Shown one piece after another: positions 28,725 to 37,548 of a stretch of 64,000 nt of DNA (positions are counted from its first letter, which is position 1; every line of letters starts with the position of its first letter). The stretch covers positions 200,228-264,227 of the forward strand of contig CAZICT010000001.1 in NCBI GenBank assembly GCA_964537935.1, given 5' to 3'. The stretch is from an uncultured Candidatus Saccharibacteria bacterium. GTDB taxonomy: Bacteria; Patescibacteriota; Saccharimonadia; Saccharimonadales; CAZICT01. The notes under the pieces were generated by a model. It saw nothing but the letters and a program-made list of their open reading frames with translations, was not told the DNA's origin and made no database searches. Made by a program: the position numbers and the translations under genes.

Positions 28725-30464
28725 ATGGAGCAAGTAACAGATAAACACTACCATATCTATGCGCGGGTAACGACGTTTTTTGCGTTGTTGCTTTTCTTGG
28801 GCGCATTGTCGACAGAATTTATATCAGCCGTTCGTGATATAGGCGCTATGGCGGGCTTTACGACGTTTACGGCCATGATTACAGGCCTTAGTATCGTTTA
28901 CTATTTTGCGTTGTACCGTTTGCTTTTCAAGATAAAACCATGGTTGAGCGCGTTTATCAGCGGACTGCTTATTACCTTGGCTGTTTTCGGACTCATACAT
29001 ACAACCGGCCAGCTTCAATCGCCGTGGCTATTAGCTTGGGCGCTAATAACCTTGGCAAACGGTTTATTCGGCTCGTTCGCAATGGTATATAGCGGGTTCC
29101 TGATAACGCTTTATTATGTCGTTTTGCATACGCAGGCAAATGGCACGTTTGAGTTTAGTGCAATTGATACGGCTGTTGTAGGCGTGTTTTATATCGTCAG
29201 TTTTCTTGGCTATATACTATGGCGGCATGCTTACGCAGCCAAACAAACCCAGCAGGTGAGTAAATTATCCGGACTGGTTAAAAGCAAGCAGACCGAAAGC
29301 GAAATCCTTATCCAGTCTATTACCGATGGAATATTGGTAGTCGACACCGCACGCAAAATTACTTCCATTAATCCGGCGGCGGCTAAGATGGCGGGCTGGA
29401 CCGCCGAAGATGCGCTCGGGATAGACGTTACGCAAGTAATAAGAGTGTACGAAGAAAATGTTAAGGATATCAGCACCGCAAATCCGCAAGATGTATTTGG
29501 TGCGGTTCTAAAGACGCAAAAGCAATTCCAGGCAACGCTTCAGTTAATTGCTCGAAGCGGTAAACAACTGTATGTTTCGGTGATTATTTCACCGGTAAAA
29601 CCTGATGAGAACCAGCCGATGGTCGGCGCTATAGCCGTGATGCGTGACATAAGCGCTACTAGGCAAGAGGAGCAACGGCGAGCTGACTTTATCAGTACCG
29701 CAAGCCATGAAATGCGTACTCCGGTGGCCGCAATTGAAGGTTATCTGGCATTGGCACTGAATGATAAAGTAACCAAGATTGATCAAAAAGCCCGAGCTTA
29801 CTTAGAAAAGGCCCACTCCAGCACCCAGCATCTTGGCAAACTATTCCAGGATCTTCTCACCAGCGCGAAAGCTGAAGATGGACGGCTAGTCAGCCATCCT
29901 GTCGTAACCGAAATGGGTTCATATCTGGAACAAATCGCTGATTCACTAAGATTTACCGCCGAAAAGAAAGGCTTGTTAATAGAATTTTCTATAGGGGTAA
30001 CATCAACCGAAAAAGCTGCTTTAAGCGGTGGCAAAGTAATCAAGCCGTTGTATTACGTTCATGTTGACCCCGACAGGATGAGAGAAGTTATAACCAATCT
30101 CTTCGATAATGCGGTCAAATATACCGAAACCGGAAAGATTTCCATTGGCTTGACCGGAAATAACGACGTAGCACAAATGTACATACGCGATACCGGCCCA
30201 GGCATCGCACCGGAAGACGTTCCGCATCTGTTCCAGAAATTCTATCGCGTCGATAACTCTTCCACCCGCACTATCGGTGGTACGGGACTTGGATTGTTTA
30301 TCTGCAAAAAGATTGTCGAGCTTTATAACGGCCGTATCTGGGTTGACAGCAAGGTCGGCGAGGGTAGTACTTTCTACATAAATCTACCGCGTCTGTCGAC
30401 GCAAAAGGCCAGTGAAATGCAGGCTCAAGAAATGAAACAAGGTGTTGGGTTGCCGAATGTATAA
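28725..30464 (+). CDS. Membrane sensor histidine kinase with PAS domain
   Basis: ~5 N-terminal TM helices. PAS-like region (ILIQSITDGILVVD...). H-box ASHEMRTPVAAIEGYL. HATPase_c (DNAVKYT, GTGLGL, GEGSTFYINL). Confidence 0.85.
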   Translation: MEQVTDKHYHIYARVTTFFALLLFLGALSTEFISAVRDIGAMAGFTTFTAMITGLSIVYYFALYRLLFKIKPWLSAFISGLLITLAVFGLIHTTGQLQSPWLLAWALITLANGLFGSFAMVYSGFLITLYYVVLHTQANGTFEFSAIDTAVVGVFYIVSFLGYILWRHAYAAKQTQQVSKLSGLVKSKQTESEILIQSITDGILVVDTARKITSINPAAAKMAGWTAEDALGIDVTQVIRVYEENVKDISTANPQDVFGAVLKTQKQFQATLQLIARSGKQLYVSVIISPVKPDENQPMVGAIAVMRDISATRQEEQRRADFISTASHEMRTPVAAIEGYLALALNDKVTKIDQKARAYLEKAHSSTQHLGKLFQDLLTSAKAEDGRLVSHPVVTEMGSYLEQIADSLRFTAEKKGLLIEFSIGVTSTEKAALSGGKVIKPLYYVHVDPDRMREVITNLFDNAVKYTETGKISIGLTGNNDVAQMYIRDTGPGIAPEDVPHLFQKFYRVDNSSTRTIGGTGLGLFICKKIVELYNGRIWVDSKVGEGSTFYINLPRLSTQKASEMQAQEMKQGVGLPNV

Positions 30465-30549
30465 CCACTACTATTGTGAACTTTTACCTCGTGGTACAAT
30501 ACCAACTAACATAAGCATTTATAACGCTAATAAAAGGGTATAAACTTCT

Positions 30550-32163
30550 ATGGCAAAAATCATGCTCGTCGAAGACGACAACAACTTACGCGAAATCTAT
30601 GAAGCGCGCTTACTTGCTGAAGGTTATGAAATAGTTTCAGCTAAGGATGGCGAAGAAGCCCTGGCGTTGGCCGTAAAAGAAAAGCCCGATCTAATTATTT
30701 CCGATGTCATGATGCCTAAGATTAGTGGTTTTGACATGCTTGATATTCTGCGCAGTACACCGGAAACAAAACACACCAAGGTTATTATGATGACCGCTCT
30801 ATCACAGATAGAAGATAAAAACCGTGCCAACAAGCTCGGTGCTGACCGCTATTTAGTGAAGTCTCAGGTAACACTTGAAGATGTGGCTAAAGTTGCACGC
30901 GAAGTGTTATCGGATGATGACGCTACAGGACCTGTCGTAGGTATTCAACCGGCAGATACTCCTGATGCTACCAGTGATGAACCAGCTCAGCCAGCCACTG
31001 AGCAGCCAGAACCTGTCTCTGCTCAGCAGCCTACAACTTCTCCCGTTACCCCTCCTGAGGCAGCTGCTCCACAACCTACCCAAGAAACAACTCCGCAACC
31101 GGACTCACAACCTGAACAGCAGACTACCGCTCCAAATAGCGAAGCTAACGTCTCTGAACAGCCGCAAACTACACCACCGGCACCTGAACCGGTACAAGCA
31201 CCGGCAGATTCAGCGGTCTCGACACCTGCGAGCCAACCGGCTAATGACAATCAGCAACAACCGGCTCAAACTGTGAACGAGCCAACTACTACTCAAAGTG
31301 ATGACCAAGCCTCAGCCCCAACGACTAACGATCAAGCAGATGCTATGCAGTCAGCTACTTCACAGCCACAAACTCCACAGACCGACGCTGCTTCACAGCC
31401 GGCTGCCACCACCGTAAACCCTTCTCAGCCGTCAACCGCAACACCGACAAATGAAACACAACCACAAGACACCACCACGCTCGGTAGTGTCGGTGTGGAC
31501 CCAAACCTGACACGATCAACAGAAAATGAGCAAAAAGCGGTCAACGACAAGATCAACGAATTCGTAGAAAGTATACCCTCAGAAGAACCAGAACCTGAAC
31601 CACCGGCTGCTCCCGAACCAGCGCCGGCAGAGCAAAATCATGACGGCGAACTTGGAAGCACTGATGAAACCAGCGCATCACTACCAACAAGTGAAGGCCT
31701 ACAAGAAATCGAAGTCGCTACCGCTCCAGTCGACAGCACAGCTGATGCTTCAAATAACGCTGCTAAACTTGCCGACGCTGCAAATGCTGTTCTTCAGCCT
31801 GAAGAAACTGCCCCAGCCCCAGAGGCGGCTCAATCGCAGCCAGAAACCGTCCAACCCGCACAAACACCTGAAGCCAGCTCTGAGCCTGACAGTAGTCAAC
31901 CACCACAACCGGCTAACGCTGCCCGTAAAGTTATTCAGCCACTCAACGATCCAAACGCCCAAAGGCCAGACCTCAATGAACTGGCTGCCAAAGAGGCACA
32001 GAACGAAGCTTCACAACCAACCCAACCAAATGCTGTTGTTAATCCTGCGGACCAAACAGTGCAGGCACCGCCACAGCAACCTGCAGCACCAACCACTCAA
32101 GATACGGTCGGTAATGTAGTCCAGCCCAACGATCCGAACGATCCTAATTCAATCGCATTGTAG
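30550..32163 (+). CDS. Response regulator receiver domain fused to ~410-aa P/Q/T/A/E-rich disordered tail; no output domain
   Basis: N-terminal 125 aa is a canonical receiver (MLVEDD..., DLIISDVMMP, MMTA). The remainder is low-complexity (PQPTQETTPQPDSQPEQQTTAP...) in one uninterrupted 1.2-kb frame. Confidence 0.75.
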   Translation: MAKIMLVEDDNNLREIYEARLLAEGYEIVSAKDGEEALALAVKEKPDLIISDVMMPKISGFDMLDILRSTPETKHTKVIMMTALSQIEDKNRANKLGADRYLVKSQVTLEDVAKVAREVLSDDDATGPVVGIQPADTPDATSDEPAQPATEQPEPVSAQQPTTSPVTPPEAAAPQPTQETTPQPDSQPEQQTTAPNSEANVSEQPQTTPPAPEPVQAPADSAVSTPASQPANDNQQQPAQTVNEPTTTQSDDQASAPTTNDQADAMQSATSQPQTPQTDAASQPAATTVNPSQPSTATPTNETQPQDTTTLGSVGVDPNLTRSTENEQKAVNDKINEFVESIPSEEPEPEPPAAPEPAPAEQNHDGELGSTDETSASLPTSEGLQEIEVATAPVDSTADASNNAAKLADAANAVLQPEETAPAPEAAQSQPETVQPAQTPEASSEPDSSQPPQPANAARKVIQPLNDPNAQRPDLNELAAKEAQNEASQPTQPNAVVNPADQTVQAPPQQPAAPTTQDTVGNVVQPNDPNDPNSIAL

Positions 32164-32175
32164 TACCATAAAGCC

Positions 32176-32829
32176 ATGAGGCTTAATCAGTTTATTGCAC
32201 ACGCCAGCGGACTTTCACGTCGCGCCGCCGATCAGGCAATCGCTGATAACCGTGTTACTGTTAATGAACACAGAGCATACATAGGCCAAACGGTGCAGTT
32301 AAATGATGTTGTCACCCTTGACGGTCAGGTTTTAAATTTACCCGAGTCACACACAACTATCATGCTTAATAAACCTCCCGGTTACGTCTGCTCACGCGAA
32401 GGACAGGGAAGTAAGACCATCTATAAACTACTCCCAGAAAAGTACCATTCACTTAAACCAGTTGGGCGACTCGATAAAAATTCCTCTGGACTACTACTGC
32501 TTACTGACGACGGCGAACTAGCAAATAGACTGACACATCCTTCGTTTAAGAAAGAAAAAGTCTACGAGGTGAAATTAGATAAAGAGGTGTCTAAAGCAGA
32601 TTTTGAACAGATCACTAAACGGGGAGTAGAACTTGACGACGGGCCAAGCCGATTTAAGCTAGTGAAAATTAGCGGCAGTGAATGGAAAGTAATAATGAGT
32701 GAAGGCCGTAACCGCCAGATTCGCCGCACCTTTCAAGCTTTAGGCTATGCAGTATCTCGATTGCACCGCACTTCGCTCGGCGACTATGCTTTAGGTAAAC
32801 TGCCGGCAGGCGAATGCAAGGTCGTTTAG
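32176..32829 (+). CDS. Pseudouridine synthase, RsuA/RluB family (S4 domain + catalytic domain)
   Basis: S4 region MRLNQFIAHASGLSRRAADQAI. Catalytic motif GRLDKNSSGLLLLTDDGELANRLTHP. Confidence 0.85.
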   Translation: MRLNQFIAHASGLSRRAADQAIADNRVTVNEHRAYIGQTVQLNDVVTLDGQVLNLPESHTTIMLNKPPGYVCSREGQGSKTIYKLLPEKYHSLKPVGRLDKNSSGLLLLTDDGELANRLTHPSFKKEKVYEVKLDKEVSKADFEQITKRGVELDDGPSRFKLVKISGSEWKVIMSEGRNRQIRRTFQALGYAVSRLHRTSLGDYALGKLPAGECKVV

Positions 32830-33131
32830 CCAATTGGCTGATCGATGACCGCAGCCTTCAGTGCATAAACGCCCGGCGACCATTCGCCGTTATAACTGCA
32901 AACTATACCGTCACCGTAAGGATCCAGTGGTCTTTCAACCCCTTCTACTTCAATCATGCCACCAATCCAGCCGTCACCCTCATATACAGGTGCAGCTTTT
33001 ACCGTGGCTACTTTTTCGACAACCGGCTCTCGAGATCCTTCAGCATGCTTAACAACCATGAAGCTCAGCCCGGGAGTCAGATCACCGACTCCAATGGCTT
33101 CGTGGTGATTGGGGTTTTTAGGATATCCCAT
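32826..33131 (-). CDS. Hypothetical Gly/Asp-rich small protein (101 aa)
   Basis: Two overlapping ORFs on opposite strands occupy 32814-33137. The minus-strand one has the more protein-like composition and lies convergent with the pseudouridine synthase gene. Confidence 0.4.
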   Translation of the reverse strand: MGYPKNPNHHEAIGVGDLTPGLSFMVVKHAEGSREPVVEKVATVKAAPVYEGDGWIGGMIEVEGVERPLDPYGDGIVCSYNGEWSPGVYALKAAVIDQPIG

Positions 33132-33195
33132 AATTAAATGTATTAAAATTTAATATTACGATTTTGTCAATAGTAACTCTCTCTTATATAATGTA

Positions 33196-34548
33196 GTGGT
33201 GAGCAAAAAATTACCTATCATCGCGATTGTGGGGCGAGCCAACGTGGGCAAGTCCAGTTTGTTTAACGCCGTTTTGGACAGGCGTGAAGCAATTGTAGCT
33301 CGCGAAGCCGGAACTACACGCGACAGCATCAGCGCCAAAGCCACTTATAACGGTCAGGATTTTTGGCTGGTTGATACAGCAGGCGTTAAAGAAGCTGAGG
33401 ATGAATTTGAATTTACTATTCAAGAACAAATTGCTCAAGCAGCTGACAGCGCCGATATTATTTGGGTGGTTATAGAAGCCCATACAGCTATCAGCGAAGA
33501 TGACCGCAGGATTGCTAAAATGGCACTCAAAACTAAAAAGCCGGTATTTTTAGTAGTTAATAAATCTGATAAGCAACCGAAAGCTGTGCCGGAAGATTAT
33601 CAAAGGCTGGGAATTAAACAGATTAATCTTACCAGCGTAACGCAGCACCGGGGAATTAACGAACTGCTCGACAAGCTCATTGAGCATATTCCAAAAGCGC
33701 GGTTGAAAGAAGACGCAAACCGTATTCACGTAGCTCTGCTTGGAAGACCAAATGTCGGAAAATCATATCTTTTTAATTCTCTGGTTAAAAAACAACAGGC
33801 CATTGTTGCTGACAGGGCAGGTACCACGCGAGACATTAACCGCCAACAAGTTAAATACATGGGCACTACCCTTGAGATTATGGATACGGCGGGTATACGA
33901 CGCAGCGGCAAGATCGAAAAAGGTATCGAACAGTTCAGTGTGATCCGTTCGCTGGCAGCCATCGAACAAGCTGACGTATGTCTGCTGCTTATGGACGCTA
34001 ATGAGTTTAACACGCAGCTGGACCAGAAAATCACCGGTATGGTCAAAGAAGCCGGAAAAGGATTAGTTTTAGTCGTTAGTAAGTGGGATAGCCTTGAGGA
34101 TAAGACGCCATATACCCGCGATCAGATGGCTGCTCAAATAAAGCAAACTTATGATTTCGTTCCGTGGGCACCACTCATATTTACAAGCGCAGTAACCGGT
34201 CAGAATGTCACTAAATTATTTGATCTCGTACTTTCAATAGCCGCCGAACGCCAGAAGCAAATAAAAACCAACGATCTAAACCGTTGGCTCAATCGTATCA
34301 CCGATCAGCACCCTCCGGCCGGGCTTAAGAATCGTTCGCCAAAACTTAATTACATGGTGCAAGAAAAAGACAATCCAACCAACTTTAAAATTTACGGGTC
34401 TCACACCAAGTTCCTTCACTGGAGTTATAAACGGTTTATGGAAAAAGAATTACGTAATACTTATGGCTTTGAGGGCACTGCCCTGAAGTTATGGTTCTTT
34501 GAAAAGCATCTATCGCATAAACACGGTATCAGCCCTACTAAGGAGTAG
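33196..34548 (+). CDS. der: Ribosome-biogenesis GTPase Der (EngA), tandem GTPase domains + KH-like domain
   Basis: Two G1 motifs (GRANVGKSSLFN, GRPNVGKSYLFN) and two G3/G4 sets (DTAG, NKSD/SKWD). GTG start. Confidence 0.9.
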   Translation: MVSKKLPIIAIVGRANVGKSSLFNAVLDRREAIVAREAGTTRDSISAKATYNGQDFWLVDTAGVKEAEDEFEFTIQEQIAQAADSADIIWVVIEAHTAISEDDRRIAKMALKTKKPVFLVVNKSDKQPKAVPEDYQRLGIKQINLTSVTQHRGINELLDKLIEHIPKARLKEDANRIHVALLGRPNVGKSYLFNSLVKKQQAIVADRAGTTRDINRQQVKYMGTTLEIMDTAGIRRSGKIEKGIEQFSVIRSLAAIEQADVCLLLMDANEFNTQLDQKITGMVKEAGKGLVLVVSKWDSLEDKTPYTRDQMAAQIKQTYDFVPWAPLIFTSAVTGQNVTKLFDLVLSIAAERQKQIKTNDLNRWLNRITDQHPPAGLKNRSPKLNYMVQEKDNPTNFKIYGSHTKFLHWSYKRFMEKELRNTYGFEGTALKLWFFEKHLSHKHGISPTKE

Positions 34549-34549
34549 T

Positions 34550-34720
34550 TTATTGGTCAGATTTTAGATCAAACAGCTGCTTGCTCATAGTAGTTTGGTT
34601 ATCTTCCAGGAGATCGATTTGGCGTTGTTGCCGCCAACTCTGGACCAATAGAAGCAGGGTTATTATTGCCAGTAGAGCTATCGCTATACGGAGACTACGC
34701 GTATCTTCATGTTTCATCAT
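34550..34720 (-). CDS. Small single-TM protein with C-terminal coiled-coil (FtsB/FtsL-like septation-factor topology?)
   Basis: Start trimmed to MMKHEDT. TM IAIALLAIITLLLLV followed by a charged helix (RQQRQIDLLEDNQTTMSKQLFDLKSDQ). Confidence 0.35.
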   Translation of the reverse strand: MMKHEDTRSLRIAIALLAIITLLLLVQSWRQQRQIDLLEDNQTTMSKQLFDLKSDQ

Positions 34721-34779
34721 ATTCAGTATACCTAAATTTGCTGGTTTTAAGCGGGGCTTTTCGCTATGCTTAAGGACAT

Positions 34780-35412
34780 ATGGGACTATTCCAGAGACAG
34801 GACAAAACAAACCCTACTGCTGCGCTATATACATTCGGCCAACAAAAATCGGTAGTGATTGTCGGCCTGGGTAATATCGGTGCTAAATATCATCGCACCA
34901 GGCACAACATCGGCTTTGCATGCATCGATGCTTTTGCTGACAAAATGGAATTTCCTGGCTGGCAAGAAAAGAAAGACCTAAAGTGCTACATGACAGCCAA
35001 TACGCTCGGACAAACGAGGGTAATCCTAATAAAGCCTACTACTTATATGAATCTCAGCGGCGAAGCTGTTCAGGCAGTTTGTCAATTTTATAAGGTCGCT
35101 CCAAACGAAGTGGTGGTTGTTCATGATGAACTTGATATACCATTCGGGCAAATACGCACCCGTATCGGAGGAAGCGCCGCCGGCCATAACGGCGTCAAAT
35201 CGATCATTCAACACCTTGGTGAAGATTTTGGTAGAGTACGTATTGGTATTGGCGCCGACACACGACTGGATAGCGCCGACTTTGTATTAGCTAAATTCTC
35301 TAAGGATGAAGAACGGCAATTGTCATACCTATTAAACGAATCTGTGTCACTGCTTACGGAGTTTGTTTATTCAGGAAATCTTTTGCACGAAACCCGTAAT
35401 TTCATTGTCTGA
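34780..35412 (+). CDS. pth: Peptidyl-tRNA hydrolase
   Basis: VVIVGLGNIGAKYHRTRHNIGF, VVHDELDIPFG, GGSAAGHNG; Pth signature. Confidence 0.85.
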   Translation: MGLFQRQDKTNPTAALYTFGQQKSVVIVGLGNIGAKYHRTRHNIGFACIDAFADKMEFPGWQEKKDLKCYMTANTLGQTRVILIKPTTYMNLSGEAVQAVCQFYKVAPNEVVVVHDELDIPFGQIRTRIGGSAAGHNGVKSIIQHLGEDFGRVRIGIGADTRLDSADFVLAKFSKDEERQLSYLLNESVSLLTEFVYSGNLLHETRNFIV

Positions 35413-35475
35413 AACGCGCTACTGCTTGCATAAGGGGAGCGTATTTTTTAGACTTTATTCCATCAGGAGTAAGTT

Positions 35476-35736
35476 GTGACAGATATAGACAGGATCGAGC
35501 ATTCTTTTCTATCGCTAACGGATGCGATGGGTTTTCATGAACTGGCGGAGGGGCAGACCGCATTAAGAGCTACGATTGGTCTGCTGAAGGACCGGGAAGA
35601 TGACCCCATTGGGCCAACACAGTTTACTGTCGTCGCAGGAACCGTTACTAGTACTGAGTTTGTAATACCATTGACCGAAAAAAATACCGGAAGCCTGTAT
35701 AGCGATACAGCCCTACATAAAAGTTTCGTATGTTAA
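35476..35736 (+). CDS. Hypothetical protein (86 aa), possibly the 5' part of a frameshifted longer gene
   Basis: ORF only. A second start-less open frame continues in another reading frame from 35675 to 36043. Confidence 0.4.
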   Translation: MTDIDRIEHSFLSLTDAMGFHELAEGQTALRATIGLLKDREDDPIGPTQFTVVAGTVTSTEFVIPLTEKNTGSLYSDTALHKSFVC

Positions 35737-36030
35737 TCCTTTATCCGGCAGTCGCCTGAGGGAAGGAACGTCACATAGAGAGCACATAGAGCCGCATAAA
35801 GATTCGACATTTCTGCGTCTCAAAAATACTGTAATCAGACCCGATGACGTACGCACGGAGACAATCAAGCTAGTTTCCGCCAGCGAAACATCAGACGAGG
35901 CGGCTTTAACTACCGTGCGCAGAGACGACAATATTCATACCATGCTTGAAACACTGCTGTCTTTAAAGCAGGAATCCCGCCGGGCGTCCACTTTATATCA
36001 ACTCTCACGGATTGCGTTAAGAAGTTTAAG

Positions 36031-36369
36031 GACCTTGAAATAAAACGAGCCTCCAGAGGGGGTGGGCACCACTGGAGGCTCGTTACACCCTTCAAGCCCA
36101 CCAGCGAAGCATCGTGCAATAAATCTCTCTTTGCAGTGCCTCCCAAAAAAAGGGAATCTTTTTGGACTCGCTTTGAAGTACATACAACCAAATCGGTAGT
36201 ATGCGGTGTCTTAAAGGGGTTAGTTTGTTTTAGAGCGTTGTGCCCATTTAGGCACGAAGGAGATAAGTGGAGGGTAACAACTTATATCTATGGCGCTCTA
36301 AAACAATCTAACAAAATGTTAGAAATATAGGGGTAAAAGGTACGTAATACATCTTTATGATGCTTACGA
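36031..36369 (-). ncRNA. Candidate ~340-nt structured non-coding RNA of unknown class
   Basis: No credible ORF in this stretch. Minus-strand promoter TTGACA-17-TAAAAT at 36404-36376. Terminal 13-bp GC-rich hairpin followed by UUUAUUU. Several internal perfect stems (see finding). Confidence 0.45.
36044..36084 (-). terminator. Rho-independent terminator (13-bp perfect stem, 15-nt loop, U-rich tail on the minus strand)
   Basis: AACGAGCCTCCAG ... CTGGAGGCTCGTT, followed on the minus strand by TTTATTTCAAGG. Confidence 0.5.
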
Positions 36370-36375
36370 ATTGCA

Positions 36376-36404
36376 ATTTTAACAAAAATATTATTTTGTG
36401 TCAA
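36376..36404 (-). promoter_or_regulatory. Sigma-70-type promoter (TTGACA, 17-nt spacer, TAAAAT) driving the candidate ncRNA
   Basis: Minus strand: TTGACA caaaataatatttttgt TAAAAT. Confidence 0.5.
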
Positions 36405-36510
36405 TACTTAAAACTAATTTTGTGTGATTATCAATAATATATGATGATGCAACACGAGCATTAACAAAACACGAGTTTAGCTTTATACTTTATATAATAA
36501 AGTAATTATC

Positions 36511-37365
36511 ATGACAGAAACGGTTATAACAGGCGACAGCCAAACTTTTCCTGAAACCCTCAGAACAATTAGTTCACCACCTAAGCGTTTATTCTATCTC
36601 GGTGACATATCAGTTGTTAAAAGACCCTTATTATCGGTTGTAGGCAGTCGCAAGGTTACACCTTATGGCAGGCAGGTGACGACTTCATTATGCGAAGAAG
36701 TTGCAAGTAAAGGCGTGGTTATCGTAAGCGGACTGGCATTCGGGGTAGATTCTCTGGCTCATGAAGCGGCGCTTCGAAGCGGAACTCCTACCATAGCTGT
36801 GCTTCCCGCAGGTCTGGATACTATCTATCCGGCCTCACATTCGCAGCTGGCAAAAAAGATCGTCAACGAAGGGGGATTACTCATAACCGAATATCCGCAT
36901 AATACTCCTGCGCTGAGGCAGAACTTTATCGCACGCAACCGGATAGTTTCGGGACTTAGCAAGGCTGTACTCATAACTGAGGCTGCACAGCGAAGCGGAA
37001 CACTACATACAGCCAATTTCGCACTTGAGCAGGGTAGGGTCGTTATGGCAATTCCGGGCAATATCACTAATCCAATGAGCGTCGGTACGAATAATTTAAT
37101 TAAGGCTGGCGCCCTACCTGTAACATCTTCTGAAGATATATTGCTGGCACTTGGAATGGATACTAGAAAACTGGATATTGAAACAATGAGCGCCAATGAA
37201 CAAGAAGCCGCAATTATTGCACTCCTAAAAGAGGGTATAAATGAAGGCAATGAGCTACTGGCTGCAAGCAGACTATCAACCCAGGAGTTCAACCAAACAC
37301 TTACTATGATGGAAATTACCGGCAAAGTTTATCCGCTCGGCGCCGGTAAATGGTCGCTCAAATAA
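36511..37365 (+). CDS. dprA: DNA-processing protein DprA (Smf)
   Basis: Rossmann-like DprA core (VVSGLAFGVDSLAHEAAL, LPAGLDTIYPASH, GGLLITEYP, SGTLHTANFALEQGRVVMAIPG). Confidence 0.85.
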   Translation: MTETVITGDSQTFPETLRTISSPPKRLFYLGDISVVKRPLLSVVGSRKVTPYGRQVTTSLCEEVASKGVVIVSGLAFGVDSLAHEAALRSGTPTIAVLPAGLDTIYPASHSQLAKKIVNEGGLLITEYPHNTPALRQNFIARNRIVSGLSKAVLITEAAQRSGTLHTANFALEQGRVVMAIPGNITNPMSVGTNNLIKAGALPVTSSEDILLALGMDTRKLDIETMSANEQEAAIIALLKEGINEGNELLAASRLSTQEFNQTLTMMEITGKVYPLGAGKWSLK

Positions 37366-37548
37366 AGTTATATCAAAAAACCATTGCAATGATGCCGGCA
37401 ATCGCGTAGTGTAATTTGCCAGACAGCAGAAATTCCTGTAGGCTGCCGTCTGGTAGAGAATTTACTTTATGTCATTAGACACCGGGGTAATCAATCATCC
37501 AACTTGCTGTAAATACATTAATATAGGTACACTATACGAAGCATTAGC

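Noticed and set aside
30624-31276. Several 60-100-aa ORFs on both strands inside the response-regulator tail region.
   Set aside because: These are frame artefacts of the repetitive P/Q/T-coding low-complexity DNA. The single long frame containing the receiver domain is the parsimonious gene.
32814-33137. Plus-strand 107-aa ORF overlapping the minus-strand 101-aa ORF.
   Set aside because: The plus-strand translation is low-complexity and aromatic/Arg-rich with no RBS and reads like an antisense shadow. The minus-strand ORF was preferred, but both remain low confidence.
33164-33193. Possible promoter TTGTCA-18-TATAAT directly upstream of der.
   Set aside because: The -10 element ends only 2 nt before the annotated GTG start, so either the start or the promoter call is wrong. 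Too ambiguous to list as a feature.
35760-36130. Tried to read the spacer as RNase P RNA, tmRNA or SRP RNA on either strand.
   Set aside because: None of the hallmark motifs is present: GGAAAGUCC and ACAGAA for RNase P; the GGUUCGAAUCC-type T-loop and Ala-Ala tag frame for tmRNA; the GGAAGCAGC domain IV for SRP.
36090-36300. GTTTTAGAGCG / CGCTCTAAAAC inverted repeat resembling a type II-A CRISPR repeat and tracrRNA anti-repeat.
   Set aside because: Single occurrence, no repeat-spacer array and no cas genes in the window. It is better explained as one stem of the candidate structured RNA.
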